A stretch of DNA of 63,316 nucleotides, the filler included, from Sphacelaria rigidula (lineage: Eukaryota), in assembly GCA_964200075.2 (NCBI GenBank). It is 10 parts of 10 records of this genome, joined end to end, with 100 filler letters (N's around TTAATTAATTAA, not from the genome) between each part and the next. Parts side by side here need not be neighbours in the genome. Positions count along the whole stretch, not along the records: positions 25,369 to 31,610 come from CAXNAA020021282.1; positions 31,711 to 37,952 come from CAXNAA020021283.1; positions 38,053 to 44,293 come from CAXNAA020021284.1; 7 more parts are not named here. One strand, 5' to 3'. The position numbers and the translations under genes were made by a program. Positions 26,472 to 38,240 of the stretch are shown piece by piece (the stretch's first letter is position 1; each line of letters starts with the position of its first letter). The notes beneath the pieces were generated by a model. It made no database searches, had not been told where the DNA came from, and saw only the letters and a program-made list of their open reading frames with translations.

Positions 26472-29400
26472 TGTAGCCAAATACCAAGCCGTAGGTTTCA
26501 CTATAATCGCATGCATGATTGGAGCAGTGGCAGGAGACAGGGGATCCTGGATTGATGACCCTTATCTGCGTGGCCCCTTGTTGTCTGGCTCATGATGTGG
26601 TCTGTTTCGGGATCACTCCTTGATAATAACAAGGGAGAAGAAAGGACCTGTCGAGCACGAGGCCAGTGCTACTGGAGGAGTCCCTCGTGGATAGTCCTTT
26701 TGTCCAGATCGTCTGGCAGAGGCTACAATATCTAGATATTATTCTTCCGGCACTCTGTTACATGAGTTTGGCTGAGGAGGTAGTGGGCCGCAGCTGAGAG
26801 CCGGTTTAGCCCGCAGACAGGAGGAGACCACCTTGGAGCGCACAGCAGTGGAGGACGCTCCGTGAGCTGGAGGACGCACAACTCAGCCAAGAGTCTCTCC
26901 GTCAAGTGTTTGAAGCATAGACGACATGGCTCAAGCAGCGGCAGCGCCGCTGGTGTTGGGTGAGCCACTAGAACCGCCCAAGAATGGCGAAGTGTGGACA
27001 GAAGAGGCATCACGCGTTTTTTTCGCAGCATGTCTTGAATACATACAGCATTGGATTCTCCCGGATTCACAGGGTATCGTGAGGCATGAGAGGGTGAGGA
27101 TAGGTCATCTTATCCCTACCTATATTCATCGATGCTTCGAAGATATGTACAAGGACCGTCGGGCTATGACCCCCGACGAATTGCTTATGCTGTGAAGCAG
27201 CATGCCGGGTACACTACAACTGGCGGAAAGCATGCCGCTACGCGGACTGCAGCAGACCTGCGTGGAGTTCTTATTACGGACAAAGCAGTGGGAAATGATG
27301 GTCAGTTCAGCTATGGAAAGGTTCTTCTAATAAAACCTGACGGTGCAAGCCATGTACCGTGCGGAGGACACGAGTTGGTTGCCAGGCCTGGCCGAGTCGG
27401 TTTCCATAGCTTTGGTGGACGGGATTTCGCCCCCGGAATTCAAGGCGTATGTCAGAAGTGTACAAACGTATGGTGACAGCTGGAAAAAGAACCCGACGGT
27501 GGTGTTCAAAAAAATATTTGAGGCGGCCGACTAGTGGAAGTTAATTGAAGCACATAGCCGGCGCGATTCTCCAACAAGTGCAGGTGGTACGCGCCGCAAA
27601 CAGCAACAGCGACAGAAACAGCAGCCGTCTTCGCGAGCGTCGTCCATTCGCGCGTGTTACAACTGCGGCGACACCGGACATATGATCAAGTACTGCCCCA
27701 AGCCTCGCGCTCAAGGCGCTGCACAGGGCAATGCGCGAGATTCATCAGGATCTCGGGGCGGTCGTCACGGTGGACGGGGCCGTGCCAATTAGGGACGCGG
27801 GCGTGGCGGCCGCGGTAGCAAGCAATCGGCGGCGGATGGTGCTTCCTCCGCTGCTGGTTCTCCCACCACGTCATGAGGTGGTGACTCTGGATCTTATGGT
27901 TCGTCCGTAGCGGGGTGGACAGTGCACGTGGGAAATGCAAATTCTTCGGTGGGGAGTGCTGGAGCGAATAGCTCGCAACCCCTCGGCCAGTCAGGATCCG
28001 TGTCTGGTGCATTCCCTACTGCTGCGACGGCTGTAACAGCGCCGTCTCTGCATATTCGGCGACTTGGTCTGGTTAAACCGACGATTCGCAGCTATCGATG
28101 TCAAGTGCTGGAGGGCAGCCCTGGCGTCAGGTGACTCTTGGGACAGAACAGGGCTCTTCGGCAGGCGTGGTACCTGTCGATCGCAAGGTTGAATGCTTAC
28201 GCGCAGATTTATCCTTGCCTTGTTCTGTAGGTTCGTTCATGGCCCGCGTTATTCTGGATTCTGGGTCCGCTCTCACGTCGATCGGTGTGGGGTTACTTGA
28301 GCAAGTGTCTTCGCAGTTTGGCGGCGCTCAGCTTCAGATTCCGTTCGAAAACGGACCGCACACGACGCAGACCGCCACGGGTGCTCCCGTGACGGTTACA
28401 CACAAAACGGTGCCGATTACTGTAGGCGTGCGTACGCCGTGGGGGGCTGTGGAGTTGCAGCTCATTGCTTTCGCTGCCATGCCCGGTAGGGACAACGTGG
28501 TTCTATTTGGGATGGCGGCGATGAAGGAGCTTGGGATTGATTTGTATCCGCTGGCGTTGGAGAAGCTTCGACCGCGTGCTGTGCCGGTGCAAACCGGCGT
28601 GGAAAACCCTAGTTACCTTGCTGCAAGGCGTGTGATCGTATCCATACGGCCAGTCCAGAGCGCCAACAAGGAGGAGGCTCCTGCTGATGAAGCGGTAGAG
28701 CGCTTGGTCGATCGCGGGCCCGACATGTTCATGAACCCAGCGGGGGAAACAGGTGCCAGAAAACGTGCAATTGAAGATAGAGTGCAGCTGGCCGAGCAGA
28801 AGGGTCTGAGCGCCGATGGCGCACATTGTCTGCGCGATAATTTGGCTCGTCGCGTAGATACATTTCGTCGTGCGCCGCGTGGTGATCCGCCAGCGCGCGT
28901 GGAGCAAATGAAGGAGGCTGTGAAGGACAAGCCTCGACGCTGCGATCCGGTGAAGACCGTGTGGCTTGCTTCATGCATCGCAGCTTTGGTGGCATTTGGT
29001 TTGTTGGTTAGGAATATTCAGGCTGTGTGGGCGAGTCCGGCCATGGCGGTGCCGAAGAGAGACACATTACGTTTGGTCAGCGACTATGAGGCGGTGAACG
29101 CGCAAGTGGAACAGTCTCCGGGGGTGGTGCCAAGCCAAGGAGACATGCGGGAGTTACTTGGAGTCCAACAACAATATCGGTATGTCATTGAACACGTTCC
29201 TGGAGAGCACAATTGTTGGGGAGATCTGTTGTCTCGCTGAGTGAAGCCCCCTACCGTGCCTGTTCGTTCTGTTGCCATGTACAGCCCGTGTGATGCCGAT
29301 GATTCGCTGCCTTCGTTTGATGTCATCGGTACCGCGCAGCGCAAAACGGTCGGCGGCGAAGTTCATTTTTTTTCTACAACTTTCGGTCGAGCTACGTTGG

Positions 29401-31210
29401 CTGACGATGGTTTGTTTCGCGTGCGTGTTGGCAGTAGTAATATTTTGTGGATTCTGTCGGATGATAAGGCTCTACAATCTCGCTCGATGGTGTGCGCTCA
29501 CATGCGGTCGGGCTGGTCACCGTGGTGTGGCGCCGACTCTGTTTCGTTTGAATGAATACTGTGTGTGGCCTCCCATGGATTCCCACGTTCGCGAGTTCGT
29601 TTGCCAGTGCTTGAATTGTGTAGACACTCGTGCTGGTGAGATTGTACCTCGTCCGTATGGCGATACTGTGCATGGTGCTACGTCAGGTGAAGTTGTTCAC
29701 TTTGATTTTCTGTCCGTCGGAATTAGCGGACCTGAAGGTGCTAATGGTTTGCCCGAGGAGGATGGTTTTCGGTACGTTTTGGACATCATGGATGATTTGT
29801 CCAATTTCGTTTGGTTGAAGCCAACCGAGGTTTGGACTGCCGATGTTACGGTTAAGCACTTGCTCCATTGGTGCAGGACTTTGGGAGTGCCACGTGTTTG
29901 GGCTAGTGATACCGCCACGCACTTCAAGAATAGAGCGATCGCGCAGCTGAGCGATGCGCTCGAGGTGCAACACCAATTTGCTGTTGCGTATACCCCTTGG
30001 TCGAATGGTGCTTGTGAACGCATGGTGAAAGAGTTTATTCGTGCGTTGCGGTCTATTTCGTCGGAACAGCGATGGCTGGTGTCTGTATGGGTTGATGTTT
30101 TGCCAGCCGCTCAGTGGGCGTTGAATACTTTTTTTGGTGAACGCTACCGTAACACTCCGTATTGTGTGATGTTCGGGCGTACGCCGCGTACAGCGTTTTC
30201 CGCGCTGGATCTGTCACTGGCGGCGAGTGGAACATCGATGTCATGGATGCTGATTCGTTGCCTGACAAGGTTCGAGGCATGGTTGACGAGCAAGTGCGGT
30301 TTTGTAACGAAGTGCACGCAGCTGGCGCGGTGTCTTGCGAAACCAATCGCAAGCTTGCTCAAGGCCAGGCTGTGTTGCCCAGGTTTGCAGTTGGCGATTT
30401 CGTATTGTATGCCCGTGTTCGTATGCAAGGTGTGACGCCAAAGTTGATGTCCACGTGGACAGGTCTGTGGCGAGTGGTCGGAGCCGACCACGCTCACGTG
30501 TATTCGGTGCAGAACATTGTTTCTGGCGCCGTGCACTTGGCCCATGTCGCTCGTTTAGGTTTCTATGCTGACTCGCAGTTGCAAATCACTGCGGAACTAA
30601 AATATGTATTTCAGCATTCGTATGCTCAAGGTGAATGTCGCATGAATGCTTTGGTGCACGTCGCTGAGGATGACAATGGTGATGTCATTGTTTTGGTCGG
30701 TTGAGAAGGGTTCGGTGCTGAAGAACGTACGTGGGAGTCTCTTCGCAAGATTCATTCTTCTGCGCCTGAATTTATCTTGAAGGATCTGCGTAAAATGCGG
30801 TTGACTCGGGCGCTGACCAGTAAATTAGCGTCGGAGTATGGTATTTCCTTGTGATCTGGCGCATGCGATTTCGCCTTGTTTTTGTTGGTTGTCAAGCTCT
30901 TTCGTTGTCTTGAACTCGCTTTGAGGGTGCTGTAGCCAAAGCTGTAGCCAAAGCTGTAGCCAAATACCAAGCCGTAGGTTTCAGTATAATCGCATGCATG
31001 ATTGGAGCAGTGGTAGGGGACAGAGGATCCTGGATTGATGGCCCTCATCTGTGTGGCCCCCTGCTGTGTAACTCATGATGTGGTCTGTTTCTGGATCACT
31101 ACGCGATAATAACAAGCGAGAAGAAAGGACTTGTCGAGCACGAGGCCAGTGCTACTGGGGGAGTCCCTCGTGGATAGTCCTTTTGTACAGATCGTCTGGC
31201 AGAGGCTACA
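26472..31210 (+). mobile_element. Ty3/Gypsy LTR retrotransposon with chromodomain, decayed and missing most of RT/RNase H
   Basis: 256-bp LTRs TGTAGCC...GGCTACA at 26472-26727 and 30955-31210. Gag knuckle CYNCGDTGHMIKYC at ~27655, protease ILDSGS, the RT start (WASPAMAVPK..LRLVSDY), integrase HHCC plus VHFDF/ASDTATHF/NGACER, and a C-terminal VLVG*EGFGAEERTWESL chromodomain. Contains stops and frameshifts. Confidence 0.93.
26926..30853 (+). pseudogene. Disrupted gag-pol (Gag-ZnK, protease, truncated RT/RNase H, integrase, chromodomain)
   Basis: ORF pieces 26926-27195, 27343-27534, 28098-29240, 29272-30435 and 30162-30704 are joined by in-frame stops and frameshifts. Confidence 0.88.
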
Positions 31211-31267
31211 GCTTCAAAGAATCCCGTCGCCTCTATTCCCTCCCTCCACCCCCCACCCCCCCGAATA

Positions 31268-31610
31268 TAGCCTGGTCCGGCGAGAACCCGGCGTGCTCCG
31301 TCCCGGCTTTGTAGGCGATGACGCTCTAAAACACGCCTACCACTACGTAAGCTAGGCGACCAGGTTACCGTTTTTTTGGGGGCGCTTGCGGGTTTTTTGC
31401 GGTAACCACGATGGTGGTCGAGCTAGATCATGTTGTGCGGCGTGAGAGAACCTCAACTCTGCACAATGGGGATGATCATTCCACGTGGTGTTTAAATGGT
31501 CAGGCACCCATGAGGCAGTGTATGAGCTGTGGCTGTCTGAGGGAAAGGCGATACCACAAAATAAAGCAACTCATTGTAGGCTGTCATCCAAATGCAAGAT
31601 AATCAGTAGG
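31268..31610 (+). mobile_element. 5' part of the poly(C)-tailed SINE-like element
   Basis: A C-rich flank (~31236-31262) is followed by TAGCCTGGTCCGGCGAGAACCCGGCGTGCTCCGTCCCGGCTTTGTAGG...GGCTGTCATCCAAATGCAAGATAATCAG. Confidence 0.88.
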
Positions 31611-31897
31611 NNNNNNNNNNNNNNNNNNNNNNNNNNNNNNNNNNNNNNNNNNNNTTAATTAATTAANNNNNNNNNNNNNNNNNNNNNNNNNNNNNNNNNN
31701 NNNNNNNNNNCCGGGTTCTCATCCTCAATGAAAAGCACCATCCTCAACATAGATGATCGGCTGTTTGTAATCGGATAGTTGAGGCGGTCACGCGCAGCTA
31801 TCCAGCTTGGGAATTCGCCTTGCTGGTGTCGTGAAACTCGCGTCTCCGTGTTTGTGCTTGTTGTCTATCAGGTTCTTGTCTTGCTCTTCCGATACTT

Positions 31898-32156
31898 TAC
31901 ACTTTCTACGATAGCCTCCCCCCCCCCGCCAAAAGTGCCTGGTTTGGGGAGGCAAAGTCTTCACGTAAATCGAAATGGAATAAGCCGAGCACAACGAGCA
32001 CCTGGGAATTCTCACGCTTGGGTTCGTTCTCGCCAATGTCGCCCATATGAGGCGCTTCATGCAGCCTGAACCCAAACATCAGGCGCTGTATGACCAGTTT
32101 TTTCGTGACACTTTTGGGCTGTTTTTTTTGGGGGGGAGGCAATCGTAGAAAGTGTC
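31898..32156 (-). mobile_element. MITE family D (259 bp) with 4-bp TSD ACTT
   Basis: ACTT|TACACTTTCTACGATAGCC...GCAATCGTAGAAAGTGTC|ACTT. Confidence 0.9.
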
Positions 32157-32302
32157 ACTTCTAGTGGAAAAATATTCCGAATTTATCAAGGCCTTTTGAG
32201 AATGTAACTGCCGAGGCTAAAAAAAAAGCGGTGAATGTTTAATCCCGTGATGCGTCGTTGTTCGGAAGTTACAGTCGACAACCTGCACTGTATGTAAGTT
32301 TG

Positions 32303-34054
32303 CAAGGTTGTGTTCTGTAAGGTACGGGTACAATCTGTAGGGTATGAGATTCCTTACAGAACTTACAGAACCGTCGGGTACCGGTATAAAAGTCTCACAG
32401 AGTTTACCGAGCTGTCGGGTACCGGTATGAAAGTCTTACAGAAGTCACATAACTTGTCGGGTACGGTATGGGAGGCTTACAGAAAACCGGTACCGGCAAT
32501 CGGGTAACTTTTTTAGGGTATACCCGCCCCTCGGGTTAGGGTAAAGTTTTTGTACAGAACTCCCCGAACTATCGGGTAAGGGTATGGGCGGCTTACAGAA
32601 CTCGCAGAAACTGTCCGGTAGGGTATGGAGGTTGCACAGCAGACCGTACCCGCAACCGGGTATCTTATCAAGAGCATACCCGTGCCCCCTGGTAACGGTA
32701 TGGGAGGCTTACAGAACTCACAGAGCTATCGGGTACGGGTATGAAGGTCTTACAGAGTGTACAGAACTGTCGGGTACGGTGAATACCCGGCAAAATACCC
32801 CGGATATACAGAAAGTCGTCCCCTCCAAAACACGACCTTGTTATCATCCTCACTCCTGTGGTGGGACCTACGTCATTACAACAGTGGCGGAATACAAAAG
32901 ATGACAGTTCACCAAAACTTTGAACGGCTTCACGGGGTTGATAGAGAAAGACTACACGAACAATCGTAGTAGTACATGTGCATGGGATAGTCAGCATAGC
33001 ATTATATCGGCTTCACGTACACTCCCAGAGAATACATGAAGGAGTATTCACGGGTGCCCGTTCTCTGGAAGCCCTTCGGCATGCGACAAAATCGCCGACG
33101 GGCTTGACGACTTTCGGTGGTAGCTCATACTCTGTGCTGTACATGTCGATAACGGCCTGGGGTTTGATGACCACAACACAACCACCATCGACGTCGATGA
33201 CATGCGTCTTCCTACTTGATCCGCTGGTAGCGCAGATGAACCGTCCCCGCTCGAGTCACCACTCGAGTCTGGGGTGATCCATTCTGACGGTCTGCAGTGC
33301 TGCTCATGTTTCGTGTTTCCACTCAGCGGTACCTCGTATCTTGCCAGGGCCCAAACTAAGAACTTTTCAACATTGCATTATTGTTGGTGTGCAGTTTTGA
33401 ATGAAGGAGTTGGGTGGGTTGATTGATGGGAGGTACATGTTCAGGTCATGAGGTTGTGTTTGGATTGAACCTATATCCGTGCTTCCCCAAGGTATATGCT
33501 CATACCTGCAATCGGGTGTATCTATAACGGTATACCCTCACCCCGGGTAGGGGTATGGGAGGCTTACAGAGCTCACAGAACCGTCGGGTACTGGTACTGG
33601 ATGAAAGTCTTACAGAAATTACAGAACTTGTCGGGTACGGTATGGGAGGCTTACAGAAAACCGGTACCGGCAATCGGGTATCCTTCAAGAGCATACCCGA
33701 ACTCCGGGTACGGGTAAAAATTCTGTACAGAAGTCACAAAATTGTCGGGTAAGGGTATGGGAGGCTTACAGAACTCACAGAAACTGTCGGATAGGGTATG
33801 GAAGTTGCACAGAAAACCGTACCCGCAATCGGGTATCTTATCAAGAGCGTACCCGTGCCCCCCGGTAAGGGTTCGGGAGTCTTACAGAGATTACAGAGCT
33901 ATCGGGTACGGGTATGAAAGTCTTACAGAGATTGCAGAACTTTCGGGTACCGGTATTAAAGTCTTATAGAAGTCACAGAACTGTCGGGTACGGTAAATAC
34001 CCGGAAAAATACCCCGGGTATACAGAAACCCGTACCCTACAGAACACAGCCTTG
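32303..34054 (+). mobile_element. Composite hAT-like element: two family-C MITEs (32303-32840 and ~33449-34054) around ~600 bp of unique DNA, with 8-bp TSD TAAGTTTG
   Basis: TAAGTTTG|CAAGGTTGTGTTCTGTA...TACAGAACACAGCCTTG|TAAGTTTG. The MITE bodies are made of ~39-bp TCGGGTAC(C)GGTATG..CTTACAGAA repeats. Confidence 0.85.
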
Positions 34055-34548
34055 TAAGTTTGTATGTAGAGCCATTAGAGCAATCTTGGTGGAAGTATCT
34101 TCAAACATCGCTTCGCGTGGCTCAAGTTTTCGAGTCATAACCTACCTAAACTTCTGACACGCGATCCGCCAGTTCGGCTCACCAACACATTCCGAGGACC
34201 TCCGCGTGTTTTCTATTTTGTTCTTCGCCGAAGTACGACTAAACCAATTGGGTCGAGACGCAACTAACCTCACTCAGCGATCGTATCTCGGTGAAAAAAC
34301 GCGATGTGGATTCTCGGAATATATGTGTGCTAGTACCTTACGAATCACGTGCCAAATGTTTAGGTTCCAAGTCGAAGAATTGAGCTACGCGTGGCGATAT
34401 TCGCGAATCCCCGACCTCTTGGCCGGTCTAGCTTGTACGTAAGCAGCATTCCAAAAAGATCAATGATGCATGAAGATGTTAACAGCGAGTACGGTGCACA
34501 ATTCTACCGTAACAGAAAGCGTACACGTGCATTCTACGGCTAGCTGTG

Positions 34549-34617
34549 CAGTACAGTACAGTACAGTACAGTACAGTACAGCACAGTACAGTACAGTACA
34601 GTACAGTACAGTACAGT
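34549..34617. repeat. (CAGTA)n microsatellite
   Basis: Directly visible. Confidence 0.95.
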
Positions 34618-37600
34618 GCCATCACTGAGTGACGAAGACGTGAAACAGCCTTTACGCCAGAGTGAGAGTGAGTGTGGGCTTTTCATACCATCTTTAACTT
34701 GGAGACGAAATGGAAATGATGCCAAGCCCACAAACGGACGTTTAGCGCCGGAGGTATCCATTTGTGGAACCGGCATCATTTTCGCTTGAAAAGGGCGTAA
34801 CCCTGATTACCAACAAGAGCGGTAAAAGGGTTCACATTCCGACGAGTTAGTCGTTGGATACATAATCCGAAATCGAACAAAAACCAACGTATCATTCTTT
34901 GAAATCGCTGAGGGTTCATACGCTACACTCGCATTCAACGTATTATAATCGGAACCTAACAGGGTTGCCAGAAAAATGAGAACGTATTTTGAAATGAGAA
35001 TCAACCGCTCCCCGGGATTGTGTCCATTTTTCTCCCTGCTGAATGTACAATGGCGCATTAATGACACGATTGTTCCGGGGTTGATATCGTCATTCCGTCT
35101 CTTCGAATGCTCGTTCAACAAAACGCATCGTTGAGTACTATTGCCCGTACAGCTAACAACTCCAAATTTAAAGTATGTGTTCCGCAGCGTCATTCGTATC
35201 AGCCCTTTGCCTGCTGGGGTAGGTGATGTATTGAATCGGCATCACTGACATTTGACATCCAGACATGTTACTAGTATAGTAGTGTTCCATCCAATAATGG
35301 AACACACGAAAACAGCGTCTTCCCATTAAAAACTTACATCCAATCAAATATGCTAGACAGTCAATCTGGCGAAAAGATTTGTTGTCTGCAGCGAAAATAT
35401 CAATCAATCGCGTGGGTACAGTGGATCGGTTGACTTGACTTGATCGACTGTCACAGACCAAGGGATGGATCTGCGACGAATCCGACCATGTTCACGAGGG
35501 AGATGTACGCGAGGGTAGGAAACGAAGACGCTTGCTCAAGGAAACTCGAGGAAGGCCAGAAAAAAAAAACAAAAAAAAAAGGAAAAGGAAAACAAAACGG
35601 AAGGAAAAAATGGCAGGAGGAGAGAGAACAAAGGCAGAGAATAACAAAAGAACAAAAAGGAACCAAGACAGGAAACGGAACATGACCAGCATTAGGGAAC
35701 CATGCTGTAGGTGCACGCGAGGAAAGAAGCAAACTACCTATACAAGGACGCAAATATCGATTTTCGCTTTACATCCCCTTACCCCCCTCCCCTTTATCCC
35801 TGGTCTTCGTAAGGGAAAAAGCGGGGCCCTCTCTCATTTCTATTTTGCCGTCCTTGTGGGCTGTTGCTGCTCTTGTGCCCACAGTGTATTACGTGAAAAC
35901 TTGATAATTACTATGATACGGGTCACGCTGTATACAGTATGTACAAAAATACACGTACTTTTTTTTCAAACTTCGGGGGGCGGGATGGTGGCTGTATACA
36001 TCATACATGACAGCTGCTGGTCCAAATCGCCGTCTCATGGCGGGGAAGGGAGTTGATGAGGCTCCAGTATGGCTTTTGCGATGAAACTCCCGTAAAAAAA
36101 AACGAAACAGGCAACGTGTCCATCATAGTAGCCTCAAATATACTCAGAGTTGCGTAATTTTATGCCATAATCCTCGAACATCGAAATACACAGTTCATGT
36201 GCACTGTCAGGAGCTGCACTGTAAGGCTCGTCCTTGTGCCAGTGGGCTCGGCGTTCATCTGCTGTGATGATTAAGTGCTGGTGAAAATGGTGATTGCTGC
36301 TAAGCACGCTTGCCGATTCGCAAACCATTTCGCGAAAAGTCCGGCAACGAACGAAATTCCGACTAAAACACAAACAATCCCACATTTGAACCGTGAATCC
36401 AACTTTCAACACACAAGTCCCCTCTTCGGCAGTGAGGGTTCTTGATGCAATGAGTTCGCAAGCCAGCGTGTCATGGTCACAGTTGTTTTTTCACGAGGCA
36501 AAGTTACCTGCACGTCAAGAATATATTACTGTACGTCTACCTGCTTGCAGATTAGTGGCCGTCGTAGTTGTGCACACCACGTACGTCCACGTCAAAATCG
36601 TCCCCGTACTCCTCGTTGACTCAGCTCCTGCCTGCCTCACCCCATCAACCTCGTAATAAAATTTGGGTATGCCTAATAGCCACAAAGTAGGGTGCTGCGT
36701 CAGGATGCCACTTACGTCATCGTTATATCGACACCGATTTGGTGGCGGGCGTTGAGGGCATGTCTAAACGACAAAAAAAATCGGGAATCAAGACCGAACA
36801 TGACTTGGGCGCTGTGACTGACCCGCTGCCCTTACCCGCAAATTCAACCAAATGCTTTCGATTTTTCGAGCCGGAGGAAGAGGTCCCAACAATTGCCTCA
36901 GATCGAAAAGTTGAACACTGTGACCCTTTCACCGCTAGGTTGGGTCATCTGTTGAGTTGACATCATTTTGAATGGAAAAATGAGTGTGAGATCCAGATCG
37001 CCCACCCCGACGGTGAAAGGGTTAATCGAATACACACACGGAATGAGAAGCTTGCATGATCGTCGGCAGTCGGGTCAGGAACTTCCGAGATACACTCCTG
37101 TCAAGACCCGCCCGGTGTGCTGTTGTAGAGACGAAAATATGTATGATATTCCGCAAACACACGCGTGAAAGAGTCCAAACATTCGTGCTTGTGGCAGCCA
37201 ACATCCGTGGAATGATTCACCGAAATTCATCTTGCTTCGAATACGTTGATGGACCCAGCGGAGAGCGAGAAAGCAACGGGTTCTACTGTACCTCAGCGGG
37301 CCGCTAATAATGTCGTGCTCAGGCCGCCACCGGTCGGGTGTAGCGCTTGAATAATTGTGGATAGTCGCCGATACTCGGACAAACGAACGGACAGACGGCA
37401 TGACTCTTGTGACCCCCCCTTGAGAATCTGCTTGGTGCATCTTGGATCTCGTCTATGACCCAGCAAGAAAGGTGAAAAAGGTGAACGTTTATCTCAATTT
37501 CGCGTAGCCTCGCTTCGCCTCGCCACGCTCGGGTCACACCCCTACCAACGATCAACTAACAGACAAGTTGAACGAGCGTTGTCTCTCACCGATCGCGCAA

Positions 37601-37654
37601 AATTCTTCCTTGAAACCACCGCTTCTTGTACCAAGCGTATGTATGAGAGGGATG

Positions 37655-37892
37655 TACACTTTCTACGATAGCCCCCCCCCCCCAAAACCACCCCAAAAGT
37701 GTCACGAAAAAAATGATCATACAGCGCCTGATGTTAGGGTTCAGGTTACATGAAGCGCCTCATATGGGCGACATTGGCGAGAACGAACCCAAGCGGGGGA
37801 ATTCTCAGCTGCTCGTTGTGCTCGGCCTTTTTCATTTCGACTTACGTGAACATTTTGCCTCCACAAGCGAGGCATTTTTCGGGGGGGGGGGG
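37655..37892 (+). mobile_element. MITE family D copy whose right-hand G-tract is interrupted by a LINE 3' tip (37893-37952)
   Basis: Starts TACACTTTCTACGATAGCCCC. The G12 run is followed by CGTACTCA.TTGTTGCTTGC instead of CTATCGTAGAAAGTGT. Confidence 0.85.
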
Positions 37893-38052
37893 CGTACTCA
37901 ATTGTTGCTTGCTTTAGTCGTTTGATCATTGACCACGCATCCCTTTCGAGACNNNNNNNNNNNNNNNNNNNNNNNNNNNNNNNNNNNNNNNNNNNNTTAA
38001 TTAATTAANNNNNNNNNNNNNNNNNNNNNNNNNNNNNNNNNNNNNNNNNNNN

Positions 38053-38240
38053 CTGATAATCTTGCATTTGGATGACAGCCTACAATGAGTTGCTTTATTT
38101 TGTGGTATTGCCACTTCCAGAGACAGCAACGGCTTATACACTGCCTCATGGGTGTCTAATGGGGGCGGGGTGGGCGTACTCATTTGTTGCTTGCCTTAGT
38201 CGTTTGACCATTGACCACGCATCCCTTTCGAGACGGAGCA
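38053..38240 (-). mobile_element. SINE-like fragment (38053-38154) adjacent to a LINE 3' tip (38175-38240), separated by a G-tract
   Basis: Both match the other copies. G-rich tracts lie at 38161-38174 and ~38246-38263. Confidence 0.85.

Noticed and set aside
26467..31215. TSD for the Gypsy element
   Set aside because: The flanks ATTTC and GCTTC match at only 3 of 5 positions, so no TSD is claimed.
31268..31610. Hammerhead ribozyme (retrozyme) in the SINE-like element
   Set aside because: No CTGANGA...GAAA core was found by eye in the assembled fragments; a covariance-model search is needed.
32303..34054. ~39-bp periodic repeats resembling a CRISPR array
   Set aside because: The units are degenerate tandem repeats without unique spacers, bounded by TIRs and TSDs, and no cas genes are present. 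They are MITE subterminal repeats.
36739..36960. Possible first exon MSKRQKKSGIKTEH...
   Set aside because: A donor-like AG|GT is present, but there is no homology and no partner exon.
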